A stretch of DNA of 64,000 nucleotides from Octopus sinensis (Eukaryota): positions 14,322,001 through 14,386,000 of the forward strand of contig NC_043020.1 in NCBI RefSeq assembly GCF_006345805.1. Direction: 5' to 3'. The notes beneath the pieces are model-generated. The model did not search any database and had not been told where the DNA came from. It saw only the letters and a program-made list of their open reading frames with translations. Position 1 is the first letter of the stretch, and each line of letters starts with the position of its first letter. Positions 51,726-64,000 of the stretch are shown in pieces. Both the position numbers and the translations under genes were made by a program.

Positions 51726-52253
51726 AATAATTTCTATTGTGAATAGATTTTTTAAAGACCTTTTGTTTCATTTTAAAATATGGTGTAATAAAGAAAGTAA
51801 AATGACAGTGTATAATTAATGATAGCAGTAATTATGACAGCCTATATTTAATTATGACACGTGAAGCTGGATAATTACCAAAAAAAATAATAATAAAAAC
51901 TATTAAAAGATAGTTGGGGAATAAATCTAGGTGAGCAAGTAGTAAAATAAAGTAGCAAATATCTAGGCCCTAATTATTTATTTGTTGTTCTGCCTTCAGA
52001 TTTATGCTTTGGGTAATACTAACCCAAATTCCTTGCTTTTGTTATATTTCTGAAGCAGTGTGGTTAGAATTAGGCGGCCGTTTCCTTAGTCATTTAATAA
52101 ATCCCATGTAGTTCATATGACGATCATTAACTCTGTGCATTACTAAATCAGCTCAGGGGAGATAATTCTTGACTGTGTTGCCTCCTTATATAATTCTATG
52201 AAAATATATTTATGATTTCGTTGGAGATTTATCATTGTTCTCTATCTTTGCAG

Positions 52254-52415
52254 GATAAAACCAACTACTTGGCTGTTGTGAATAAATATGTGGACATTCA
52301 TGGCACAGTTTATGTTGATGGCAAAACAAACAAAAGCCGTTATATTCCTTTGTATGTTAAAAACCATGGCTTGCTCAAAGGGGAAGAACTTCATACATTA
52401 CTCCGAGAGTCTAAG
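52254..52415 (+). CDS. MGAT5: MGAT5 exon 12 (DKTNYLAVVNKYVDIHGTVY...YVKNHGLLKGEELHTLLRESK)
   Basis: Matches EVHATVY...YVKNHGILSGRDLQFLLRETK; ttgcAG / GTAATT; 162 nt, phase 0-0. Confidence 0.96.
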
Positions 52416-53310
52416 GTAATTTGATTGTGACATTTATTTCTCCAAGCCGGTGAATATGGAGGGTGGGGTAACACGTCCCAGCCAAGCTGCAGCAATTTTT
52501 GTCTGGTTCCTAAAGCATCAAGTGCCAAAAATGAACTTCATCTTCCATTTTAAAGGTTTACAGAATTAACACAGGTTATAGGAACATAAACCTTCTTCCA
52601 CAAAAAGATAGCTTAAACTGTACTCTAAATGAAGATGTAGTCAAATCCTATTTTATGGACTCAACCATGTTCTAAAATAAGTCGAAAGGTAAGCTACTAT
52701 AAATCGGCACGAACTTTCCAGACAACCCAATATTAATAAGAGTCCTACTAAAGTATCAGTTCTTACTATTTACATCATTGGATGGATGGGAGCACTCCGT
52801 CGGTTACGACGACGAGGGTTCCGGTTGATCCGAATCAACGGAACAGCCTGCTCGTGAAATTAACGTGTAAGTGGCTGAGCACTCCACAGACACGTGTACC
52901 CTTAACGTAGTTCTCGGGGATATTCAGCGTGACACAGAGATTGACAAGGCCGGCCCTTTGAAATACAGGTACAACAGAAACAGGAAGTAAGAGTGAGAGA
53001 AAGTTGTGGTGAAAGAGTACAGCAGGGATCACCACCATCCCCTGCCGGAGCCTCGTGGAGCTTTAGGTGTTTTTGCTCAATAAACACTCACAACGCCCGG
53101 TCTGGGAATTGAAACCGCAATCCTATGGCCGCGAGTCCGCTGCCCTAACCACTGGGCCATTGCGCCTATTTACATCATTACTACACTACTCTTAGTATAA
53201 CTACCAATACTGATGGTTGTTATTAGTATTTTTGTAATATCTCTTTATTCTTATCTTTTTTATCATTTACAAAAAGTTTTAAATGTTTTTTCTGTTTTGT
53301 ATCATTTCAG

Positions 53311-53457
53311 TTATTTATTGGTCTTGGTTTCCCCTATGAAGGACCTGCTCCGCTTGAAGCGATAGCTAATGGTTGTGTGTTCCTCAATCCAAAATTCAAC
53401 CCACCTCACAGCAGTAAAAATACACCATTTTTCAAGGGAAAGCCAACTTCGCGAAAT
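53311..53457 (+). CDS. MGAT5: MGAT5 exon 13 (LFIGLGFPYEGPAPLEAIANGCVFLNPKFNPPHSSKNTPFFKGKPTSRN)
   Basis: Near-identical to LFVGLGFPYEGPAPLEAIANGCAFLNPKFNPPKSSKNTDFFIGKPTLRE; tttcAG / GTAAGA; 147 nt, phase 0-0. Confidence 0.98.
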
Positions 53458-53980
53458 GTAAGAAACTTCTTTAAAATGTTTCGCAGATTAGAACAGTGTT
53501 GGCTGTCAGGGCCAGTTGCTAGGTTAGTCTGTGCTGTCTTAGATAATGACATAGAGTATAATGAGGGTATCTCTACATGATGGTATAACCTGTTAGAAAT
53601 AGCAGCTAAATTCCTTCAGATTACACTACTATAAAAGACAGGAAGATAAGCATGGTTTCATATACCTTTGATCAATACCTTACTGTTTTTTTTTACCTTG
53701 ATTTTTCATATTTTTAAAACTTCTTTGATTCTCATCTCATTTTATTTCCTTTTTCATAGGCTCCTTTTATTGTCACCACATTTACCATATTTTATTATTA
53801 CCTGTCCTTCTATTAATTCTTTATTGTGTTTTATTTAAACCGATTATCATTACTCTCTTGACAGCTTTTATTTGCTGTCTTCAATATGTAACTTACCATT
53901 TTCTCCTCCCTCCTTCATGCACTCACCATTCTTTCAGTGTTCTACTTTGTTATAACCAAGAATGGCTCTGACACAAGTAG

Positions 53981-53983
<3 letters not shown>

Positions 53984-54011
<28 letters not shown>

Positions 54012-54612
54012 GAAATTATTGTATACAGTGCTCAGGTGCACCACAACTTGTCAGAAAGTGTGTATAAAGTATATGCAGTTATGTACAAATGTCTGGAAAG
54101 CAAACAATGTATGAGTCAGATACATGCTTGTGTGTGTATGGAGGGGAGAAAATCAGGTGTAGTGTTGGCGAATCTCAGAAAGCATGGAAGTTTTGAAGGA
54201 TGCAGTGCTCCGACAACTAACAACTGATGCCGGCAGTTTGTTCCATGCTTCAGCAACTCTCAGCATGAAAAAATGTTTCCGAAAGTCATGGGAGCTGTGC
54301 TGTTTTCTGACTTTGTAAACATGTCCACGGGTGTTAGACGGGTGGAGTTTGAAAAGGTGCTCAGAGTTATTGTTTGTAAGATGGTTAATAATTTTATGGG
54401 TGTCTGCCAAGTCAGCTGCTAGACGTCGGAGTTTCAATGTGTCCATGCCCAGGGAAGTAAGGCGTTCAGGATATGGCAAATGCCTGATGGAGGGTATTCT
54501 TTTGGTTGCATGTCGCTGAACAGCTTCCAGACGATTGATATCCTGGGCAAGATAGGGGTTCCAGACCAGTGATGCAAATTCCAGGTGAGGTCTTACCATA
54601 GATAGCTATATA
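53984..54612 (-). mobile_element. CR1-type LINE 3' fragment (family F), inverted relative to 51147-51723
   Basis: ORF 54153-54599 VRPHLEFASLVWNPYL...; (AAT)n tail at the left end. Confidence 0.9.
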
Positions 54613-54781
54613 ATGCCACAGATAGATTAATTTTTTTAGGTCATTAAATTTTTCTCAACTGATCAATAGACCAATTGAATAAATTTATCAGTAATGAACC
54701 TATAATGACTACTGGAAACAGCTGTAAGCCAAATTTGCTCCAATGAAGGAAAAATGTGTAATAATCATTAACTTGTTTTTA

Positions 54782-54818
<37 letters not shown>

Positions 54819-54917
54819 TTTTGTAACATTAATACCACTTCCTTTGTCAAACTCTTTACCTAGAAGTGACCTTCAAGCCTTTCTTGTGGGTCAACTTTCA
54901 CAAATTCTTCCCGTGTC

Positions 54918-55482
54918 GTGCCTATTGTAGAAAACATTATTTTGCCCCTTTCCCCCAAAATTTCAGGCCTTGTGCCTATTGTAGAAAACATTATTTTGCC
55001 CCTTTCACCAAAAAATTTCAGGCCTTGTGCCTATTGTAGAAAACATTATTTTGCCCCTTTCACCAAAAAATTTCAGGTCTTGTGCCTATTGTAGAAAACA
55101 TTATTTTGCCCCTTTCCCCAAAAAATTTCAGGCCTTGTGCCTATTGTAGAAAACATTATTTTGCCCCTTTCACCAAAAAATTTCAGGCTTTGTGCCTATT
55201 GTAGAAAACATTATTTTGCCCCTTTCCCCAAAAAATTTCAGGCCTTGTGCCTATTGTAGAAAACATTATTTTGCCCCTTTCACCAAAAAATTTCAGGCCT
55301 TGTGCCTATTGTAGAAAACATTAGTTTGCCCCTTTCCCCAAAAAATTTCAGGCCTTGTGCCTATTGTAAAAAACATTATTTTGCCCCTTTCCCAAAAAAA
55401 TTTCAGGCCTTGTGCCTATTGTAGAAAACATTATTTTGCCCCTTTCCCCAAAAATTTCATGCCTGGTGCCTATTGTAGAAAA
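54918..55482. repeat. 55-bp minisatellite, about 10 units
   Basis: GTGCCTATTGTAGAAAACATTATTTTGCCCCTTTC(A/C)CCAAAAAATTTCAGGCCTT at 54918, 54972, 55027, 55082, 55137... Confidence 0.97.
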
Positions 55483-56193
55483 CCTACTCCTTGCTTCCAC
55501 TTAGAATCACAAGTCACTTCTTTATTCATGTATCATCCCCTATATGGACTACATGTCAATACCAGCTCAGACTTCCACTTTCTTTGTCAAACCCTTTACC
55601 TAGAAGTGATCTTCAAGCCTTTCTTGTGGGTCAACTTTCACAAATTCTCCCCATGTCTTCCTCACTCTAACCTGCTCCTTGCTTCCACTTAGAATCACAA
55701 GTCACTTCTTTATTCATGTATCATCCCCTATATGGACTACATGTCGATACCAGCTCAGACTTCTCTCTTGTACACTACATCTGATTGCTGCCCAGTTTTT
55801 CTCTCAGCTCTTCTCCATCATTTATCTTCACGAACATTACACATCCAATGAGAGCATGGAATTCTGAAACCAAATTCAATGTTAGATTAACAATTCATTC
55901 CTTGAACATTGATTAAAACTCATAAAGATATTGGAATAAATAGAAATTTACACCAAATACAAATTCCCTACCCATTCCTTTATTTACTCTCTCTTTTACT
56001 CTTTTACTTGTTTCAGTCATTTGACTGTTGACTGCGGCCATGCTGGAGCACCGCCTTTAGTTGAACAAATCGACCCCGGGACTTATTCTTTGTAAGCCCA
56101 GTACTTATTCTATCGGTCTCTTTTGCCGAACTGCTAAGTAAACACACCAGAATCGGTTGTCAAGCAATGCTAGGGGGACAAACACAAACATAT

Positions 56194-56260
<67 letters not shown>

Positions 56261-56441
56261 TATATATATATATATATATATACATATATTCGGCAGGCTT
56301 CTTTCAGTTTCCGTCTACCAAATTCACTCACAAGGCATCTGATCAACACTGCATTCATTTTGTGTGTTTTTTTAATGGTTTTTTTTTTATCTCTAAATTA
56401 CACACTATGTAATTACATTAACAATCTATTTTCTGATATAG

Positions 56442-56561
56442 CTTACCAGCCAACATCCTTATGCTGAGCATTATATTGGAAGACCTTATGTTTATTCAGT
56501 GGACATCAATGATTTAGCAGCTGTGGAGAGTGTACTTTCTGAAATCGGGTCATTAAATAAG
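56442..56561 (+). CDS. MGAT5: MGAT5 exon 14 (LTSQHPYAEHYIGRPYVYSVDINDLAAVESVLSEIGSLNK)
   Basis: Matches LTSQHPYAEVFIGRPHVWTVD; tatAG / GTAAAA; 120 nt, phase 0-0. Confidence 0.96.
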
Positions 56562-56798
56562 GTAAAATATTTGTTCTGCATTTATTTCAGATTCTCTTTA
56601 CTCTTTTACTTGTTTCAGTCGTTTGACCGCGGCCATGCTGGAGCACCGCCTTTAATCGAGCAACTCAACCCCGGGACTTATTCCTTTTGTAAGCCCAGTA
56701 CTTATTCTATCGGTCTCTTTTGCCGAACTGCTAAGTAATGGGGACGTAAACACACCAGCATCGGTTGTCAAGCAATGCTAGGGGGACAAACACACACA

Positions 56799-56844
<46 letters not shown>

Positions 56845-57128
56845 TATATGACGGGCTTCTTTCAGTTTCCGTCTACCAAATCCACTCACAAGGCTTTGGT
56901 TGGCACAAGGCTATAGTAGAAGACACTTGCCCAAGGTGCCACGCAGTGGGACTGAACCCGGAACCATGAGGTTGATAAGCAAGCTACTTACCACACAGCC
57001 ACTCCTGCGCCTACTCTCAACTTTTATTGTACAATTACAATAATTCCAATTCAAAGTACACCTCGTTAATGTTGGTGTTGATTATGATGATGTTGATGTA
57101 TATTTAAAGAGTTATTGATATATTTCAG

Positions 57129-57312
57129 TTTGAACCCTACATGCCATACGAATTCACTGAGGAAGGAATGCTCCAAAGATTGAATGCTTATCTTGAAGGA
57201 CAGAATTTCTGCTCATTTCAAAAGACTGCTCCAAAATGGCCTCCATCTGATGCCGTCGCTATATATCTTGGTGAGGCTGGCAAGCCTTGTAATGATGTTT
57301 GTTGGCAAAGAA
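57129..57312 (+). CDS. MGAT5: MGAT5 exon 15 (FEPYMPYEFTEEGMLQRLNAYLEGQNFC...KWPPSDAV...GKPCNDVCWQR)
   Basis: Matches IEPYMPYEFTCEGMLQRINAFIEKQDFC...WPP...CKQVC; tttcAG / GTAAGT; 184 nt, phase 0-1. Confidence 0.96.
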
Positions 57313-58397
57313 GTAAGTAGAAACTCTTCTCAATTCCTCTTTTGTTTCATTTTGGTTTTACTCTTTTACTTGTTTCAGTCATTTGACTGCGGCCATGCTG
57401 GAGCACCGCCTTTAATCGAGCAACTCGACCCCAGGACTTATGCTTTTGTAAGCCCAGTACTTATTCTTTTGTAAGCCCAGTACTTATTCTATCGGTCTCT
57501 TTTGCCGAACCGCTAAGTAACGGGGACATAAACACACCAGCATCGGTTGTCAAGCAATGCTAGGGGGACAAACACACTCACATAAACACACACGCACATA
57601 TATATATATACATATATGCGACGGGCTTCTTTCAGTTTCCGTCTACCAAATCCACTCACAAGGCTTTGGCCAGCCTGAGGCTATAGTAGAAGACACTTGC
57701 CCAAGGTGCCACGCAGTGGGACTGAACACGGAACCATGTGGTTGGTAAACAAGCTACTTACCACACAGCCACTCCTGCGCCTAATTTTGTTAAATTATTC
57801 AAAAAATTTTTGGGCGTTTTGTTTTGTAATATAAAATGGTATTGTTGTGTGTTAACCCTTTCGTTACTGTATTTATTTTGAGATTTTCTGTGTTTCTTTC
57901 AATTATTTTAAATATAACAAAGAATTTAGTAGAATAACTTAGTTATCATTAAACTATTGTTAGGAACATAAATTGTAACTAAGGCTTGGTGGAAAGATTT
58001 TAATTCAGAACTTATGAAAACAAGACATTTGTACTACAGAGCCAGAGCTGGTTTCAGCCGGGTTGGTCACGAAAAGGTTAAATATTTGATTTTATGAATA
58101 TTCCATTAATTAAGGTAATGTTAAGCTTGATTCATTACAGAGTAGTTAATTTGTGTTTAGAATCCATACTGTTCAAAAACCTAGTCTCCTCTAAAGCCAG
58201 TTACCTCGATGTAACTGCCATGTATCATGTTGTTCTAACAACATCCAATAATTGATCTCTGATGGCAAACTCTTCAAATTCAGGAAATACTCCAGCTCTG
58301 ATCAGTTACTTAACTTCTACAAAAATCAAATATGATTCATGGCCAATCATCTGGTTCAGAGCCTGCAACAAGGCCTCTTCCAGCCTGCAGCTGCTAT

Positions 58398-58940
58398 GTC
58401 GAATGAGAATAAAGCCCTGTGAGACCCATATTGGAGTACGGGATTCAAGCCTCATCTCCTTATCTCCTCAAAAACATACATCATCTTGAAAGAGTCCAGA
58501 AGCTGGCTACCCACATGGTTCTTGGTCTCAAGCATTTGTCTTATGAAGAAAGGCTGAAGATGCTCGACCTTTATTCTCTAGAAAAACGCCACCGCTGTGG
58601 TGGTCTCATTCTCACTCACAACATCATAAACGGAAAGTGTAACCTCTCGAAAGAGCTGTTCTTCACTCCTGCTCCAGAGCGTCGGCTGCGGGGTCACTCC
58701 GAAAAGCTCTATCTGCGACGATTTCATCTCAATCGAAGGAGAGGAGCTTTCTCCGTCCGGGTTGCGGATCCGTGGAATAAGCTGCCGGACGAGATAGTGA
58801 AGATGCCGACGACTGCTCGGTTCAAAGTCTCTCTTGACCAGAAATGGCCTGAACTCTTTGCATGAACACCCTCCCTGTACATAACTCCATGTCCCCCTAC
58901 ATGGCCTTACTTTTTGCTTTTTGAGCCAAAAAATTAACTT
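58398..58940 (+). mobile_element. CR1-type LINE 3' fragment (family G)
   Basis: ORF 58419-58865 RPILEYG...LERVQKLAT...YEERLK.L.L.SLE.R...RGH...F..RV...WNKLP is the typical CR1/L2 RT C-terminal signature. Confidence 0.9.
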
Positions 58941-60148
58941 TAACTTATCTAGCTGGAGATGGAGAACATGTCCATACCAGTGCAAATAGCAAAGACTCCT
59001 TCTTCAATGTACTCCACCTATTGACCCCTTTCTATCATCTCCCTTCCTCTTTTACAGCAACTATAACAGCTTCTGCTCCTCTCAACCAGCTTCTTCCCCA
59101 CCATCATCACGATTACACCATCCCTATTTTTTTTTTCTTGTCATCTTTATCTCACCCTCCATATCCCACACAAAATACTTTACCCAAACATTAAAGACTC
59201 CCTTTGGTCACAAATGACCATGGGATTGCACCTAGAAAATTCCCCTCCAAGGTACAAGTCCAGGCAAGGTTGTTTAGGGAAGACCAGTGGTTGTCCATGC
59301 ATATCAGCCTCCCCTTTACACACCACTGATATTATCCAAAAGAAAAACAAAGGCCTATACAGCTTGGCACCAGTGACATTGCAACTCATTTTCTACAGCT
59401 GAGTGAACTGGAGTAATGTGAAATAAAGCATCTTGCTCAAGAACACAACACATAGCTCAGTCTGGGAATTGAACTCACTACCTCATGACTGTGAGCCTGA
59501 CTCTCTTGCCACTGAACCATGTGCCCTCAACTTAATATTACTTCCTCAAATTGAAGCCCTCTACAAGTTCATTCTGACCTCTTTTTATCCCTTCATACTT
59601 CAACTGACAGATGTTGAAACTAAGCCTCAAACCCTGTTGATCCCACCAGTCCAAGTGGCCCTATAAAGATCATGGCATTGCTTTTCCTTTAGGCGCGGGC
59701 ATGGCTGTGTGGTTAGGGAGCTTGCTTCCTAGCTACATGGTTTCGGGTTCAGTCCCACTGCGTGGCACTTTGGGCAGGTGTCTTCTTCTATAGCCCCGAG
59801 CCGACCGAAGCTTTGTGATTGAATTCAGTAGGTGGAAGTTACTGCCGTGTGTGTATGTGTGCGTGTAGGTGCTCAGTGCCTCTCCGAAAGAGAGAGAGAG
59901 GGAATTCATTTATAAAATTGAAATAAATGAGTTATGCTGTTTTAACTTGGAAATTTAGGAGTTTTGGTTCTTGGTATGAATAAATTAATAGAAGCATGTA
60001 AACAGTGTCTGACATGATTAGAGAGGGTTAAATTTAGGAGAGAGAGAAATAGAACAGGCTAAGAAATTATAATAAAATGATATATTATATGATATCCTTT
60101 TGTGATGTTATGGAAAGCTTTATTTTCTTCTTTTATTTCCTTCTTTAG

Positions 60149-60408
60149 ATCGAATCTGTGAACCCTCATATTTTGAAGACATCAACAATTTAGAATCACT
60201 GAAGAAATACAAAGCTAACTGCACCACAAAAAAATCCATAACAGACATTTATTACCCAGCGTTTAATCCTAAAACATTTGAGTGCATTTTACAGACAGAT
60301 GAACGCTTGTTCAGTTGTGCAGGCGAGAAGTTTCCTTTAATGCGTTTATGTCCATGTCGAGATTATATCAAAGGGCAGAGTGCTCTCTGTAAAAACTGTG
60401 ATAGGTGA
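60149..60408 (+). CDS. MGAT5: MGAT5 exon 16, terminal coding exon (NRICEPSYF...LFSCAGEKFPLMRLCPCRDYIKGQSALCKNCDR*)
   Basis: Matches ICEPSFF...LFSCAG...RVCPCRDFIKGQVALCKDCL; tttAG acceptor; TGA at 60406-60408. Confidence 0.97.
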
Positions 60409-61986
60409 CGATGCTGTGAAAATTTATGCCACAGAATTAACCAGGTTTTATTTTCCTATACCTTTACTTCTCTTTCTAATGCATCTATCAAACTATCAAA
60501 TGTCACCATTTATAAATAGATGTCTTCTGTGCGTGTGTGTATGTGTGTGTGTGTGTGCATCTACATGTCTGTCTGTATACGCATGCATCATATATATATA
60601 TATACATAAATACACTGGTGTATTTTAGTAGCAACTTTTCATTGCTGCTTGTATGTGCTTGAAATAATGATCACCGGTCCAGTTGACTAGTTTGAGGTGA
60701 AGTTTTTTTCCACAATTTCTCATCGTTTCTATTTTAGTTAAAGATAGGTGGCTTATGAAACAAGGTGAGGAGACCGTCTTTTATGCTTCAAGTAATGTCT
60801 CATCCTCTGTCTGTTCACTTACAGACTGCAACAATCTTTGATCATATTATTTCCATTCATAACACAAAAGTAAACCAGAAATTATTTGTTGGTAGCATTA
60901 TCATTTATCAGATTAAAAACCACGTCTGCCAAAAATAAACAACTGAGATCATCTTCCATAAACCGACAATTTGCTACTATCAACAAAGTCCACTGCTGGA
61001 AAAGAAAGTCATTGTCACACGTCTGTTAGATAGATGCACCTAATGTATTCTGTATACTCTTTACGCTTTTACTTTTTTACTTGTTTCAGTCATTTGACTG
61101 AGGCCATGCTGGAGCACCGCCTTTAGTCGAGCAACTCGACCCCGGGACTTATTCTTTGTAAGCCCAGTACTTATTCTATCGGTCTCTTTTGCCGAACCGC
61201 TAAGTGACGGGGACATAAACACACCAGCATCGGTTGTCATGCAATGCTAGGGGGACAAACACAGACACACATACATATGTATATACATATATACGACGGG
61301 CTTCTTTCAGTTTCCTTCTACCAAATCCACTCACAAGGCTTTGGTCGGCCCGAGGCTATAGCAGAAGACACTTGCCCAAGGTGCCACGCAGTGGGACTGA
61401 ACCCGGAACCATGTGGTTGGTAAGCAAGCTACTTACCACACAGCCACTCCTGTGCCTGTATGTACACCTTTCTTGACATAATGTCTTTTAACAGATGAAT
61501 CACTTAGCCAATAGGGAGTTTCAACATGAGAGACTCAACCTGTTAGAAATAGTAGCTAAGTCTCCCTCAAATTAGACCTTATTGCCTTAAAACAAAGGAG
61601 AGAAGAGACAAAGACAGACTGCTCATGGCTGGGGCATCTTTGTGAGCATGGTTCTGAGATGACCTGGGGTTAAACAATATTAAATGTCTCTACAGAAATG
61701 TACAGTGTTTTATCATTAATTAGCTTGGTTTTTAAAGGGAAAAATTCCTAATTTAACCCTTGAAAACTGAAAGTGGCTTTCAGTAGTTAAGATTTCCATC
61801 AAATTAAATGATCGAAGAAACGTATAAAGTTTTTACAGAAAGAAAATCCACGTCACATTAGCAAACTGGATATCTGGTTGTTATTTCAGCATAAGTGTGT
61901 GTATGTATAGAACTGTGTGTGTGAGTGTTTATGCACACACTCACACATACATACATGTTGTGTGTATATATATATATATATATATG

Positions 61987-62295
61987 TGGAGGCGCAATGG
62001 CCCAGTGGTTAGGGCAGCGGACTCGTGGTCGTAGGATCACGGTTCCGATTCCCAGACCGGGCGTTGTGTGTGTTTATTGAGCGAAAACACCTAAAAAAGC
62101 TCCACGACGCTCCAGCAGGGGGTGATGATCCCTGCTGTACTCTTTCACCACTCTTTCTCTCACTCTTTCGTCTGTTGGCCTGCTCGCTTAGCCAGTGGGG
62201 TGGCGTCATTCGAAGGCTAAAACAATGCAAACGCATTGTGACCAGCGATGTGTAACAACATCTGATGGTCTGGTCGGTCACGTGATCACGTGATA
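61987..62295 (+). mobile_element. tRNA-headed SINE family D, representative copy. Others: 22764-23075, 23860-24160(-), 40154-40470, 52797-53167(-), 63663-63935
   Basis: GGAGGCGCAATGGCCCAGTGGTTAGGGCAGCGGACTCG...GGTTTCGATTCCC tRNA-like head shared by all copies; tails differ between copies. Confidence 0.88.
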
Positions 62296-62903
62296 TATAT
62301 ATATATATATAATATACACATAAGTACATACATTCATACATACACACACACACACACATACATACATACATATATGTGTGTGTGTGTTGTAAGATATTAT
62401 AATCACCAGTTTGTAACATAAAAAGCATATGCTTGTATTGTATGCATGTGTGTGTGTGCGTGTGAATGTGTTGTACATATGTATGTGTATGCCTGTATAT
62501 AATGTGGTGTATGAATTTTTTAATTCTACATTGACGTTAAACAAAACCAATAATAATGATTTTGATAATTGTGCAAGAGATGTCCACTTGTGACATAAAC
62601 ATGTCGTTAACTCTACAATACCACGTTAGTGCTGACCAAACTTAATTTCCACGGTGGATATATCCATGATCAGATTTTTAAAAAATCTGGAGAAGAGGAG
62701 AAAAGAAATTATGTTTATTGGCAAAAAAATAGAACAAGAATTGAACAAGTCATGGCTTACAATTTTAATTAAATCGAATTGGAATCAATGCTCATAAATT
62801 TATAGATTTATCAAATTAAGAAATTACATTTTTTATGCATTTAACTAACCCCAAATCTTTTTAAAGATTGCTCCCAATGTCAAAGTTTTAGCTGTAAACT
62901 GGG

Positions 62904-62935
<32 letters not shown>

Positions 62936-64000
62936 TAATATATGTGGGAGAGGATAGGGTTAACCCCATTAGTTTTCTTTTTTTTTTGTTTTTTTTGTTT
63001 TACTTGTTTCGGTCTTTAGACTACCGCCATTCTGGGGCACTACCTTGAAGAACATCTAGCCCAGTGAAGTGACCCCAGTAGTTTTATATTTTATGGCGGC
63101 GAGCTGGCAGAAACGTTAGCACGCCGGGTGAAATGCGTAGCCGTATTTCGTCTGCCGCAACATTCTAAGTTCAAATTCCGCCGAGGTCGACTTTGCCTTT
63201 CATCCTTTCGGGGTCGATAAATTAAGTACCAGTTACGCACTGGGGTCGATGTAATCGACTTAATCCATTTGTCTGTTTTTGTTTAGCCCCTTGTGGGTAG
63301 TAAAGAAATAAGTAGTTTTATATTTTTTAAGTCTGATACTTATTTCATTGGTCTCTTTTGCTGAACCACTCAGTAGTTATGGAAAAATAAACAGACCAAC
63401 ATCAGTTGTCAAGTGGTGGGGGACAAACACACACACACATGCACACACATGACAGGCTTCTTACAGTTTCCGTCTACCAAGTCTACTCACATGGCTTTGG
63501 TCGGCCTGAAGCTATGGTAGAAGAAGACACTTGCTCAAGGTGCCATGCAGTGGGACTGACCCGTGAACCATGCATTTGGGAAGCAAGCTTCTTACCTCAC
63601 AGTACACTTATAATTAATCAATCATCTTTATATATTAGTAATGTGTATGCAACATTAATTTTGGAGGCACATGGCCTAGTGGTTAGAGCAGCGGACTCGC
63701 GGTTGAGGGATCGCAGGTTCGAATCTCAGACCAGGCGATGTGTGTGTTTATGAGCGGAAGGTAATGGCGAACTTCTGCTGACTCTTTTGCCACAACTTTC
63801 TCTCTCTCTTTCCTCCTGCATCTTGCAGTTCGCCTGTGACGGACCGGCATCCCGTCCAGGTGGGGAACCTATACGCCAAGGAAACCGGGAAACCGGCCCT
63901 TATGAGCCAGGCATGGCTCGAGAAGGAACAAACAAATGCAACAACATTAATAGGTCAGAAATATATGAATTATATGCACATTCACACACATTTAGTCTCA

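Noticed and set aside
60912-60939. ATTAAA/AATAAA as the MGAT5 polyadenylation signal
   Set aside because: Such hexamers are common in AT-rich DNA and cannot be assigned without 3'-end data.
61987-62065. tRNA-like sequences at SINE heads (families A, C, D, E)
   Set aside because: A and B boxes are present, but each continues into a SINE body and no complete cloverleaf with acceptor stem was evident; treated as SINE heads, not tRNA genes.

Overview
AT-rich, repeat-dense eukaryotic genomic DNA. The SINE/LINE complement and microsatellite load look like Octopus (cephalopod), which is an inference from the repeats. One host gene spans the window on the + strand: an MGAT5/GnT-V family alpha-1,6-N-acetylglucosaminyltransferase. 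Sixteen coding exons (5972-60408) were read by hand; all introns are GT-AG, the frame is continuous, and they give 2118 nt = 705 aa plus stop. The N-terminal signal-anchor exon(s) were not found and are presumably upstream. Introns are filled with at least four tRNA-headed SINE families, 3' fragments of CR1 and RTE LINEs, Penelope-like remnants, TTAA (piggyBac-type) and TA (Tc1/pogo-type) MITEs, Helitron-like elements, three young tandem arrays (~383, 96 and 55 bp), long pyrimidine tracts and one 100-N gap. Almost all ORFs in the supplied track are repeat artefacts. The most notable unexplained signals are a hammerhead-ribozyme fold with a canonical core at 15282-15356 (-), a second hammerhead-like motif in a duplicated 179-bp repeat, an inverted CR1 pair enclosing two in-frame catalytic-domain exons, and modular or multimeric SINEs. 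Repeat boundaries are approximate and were read by eye.
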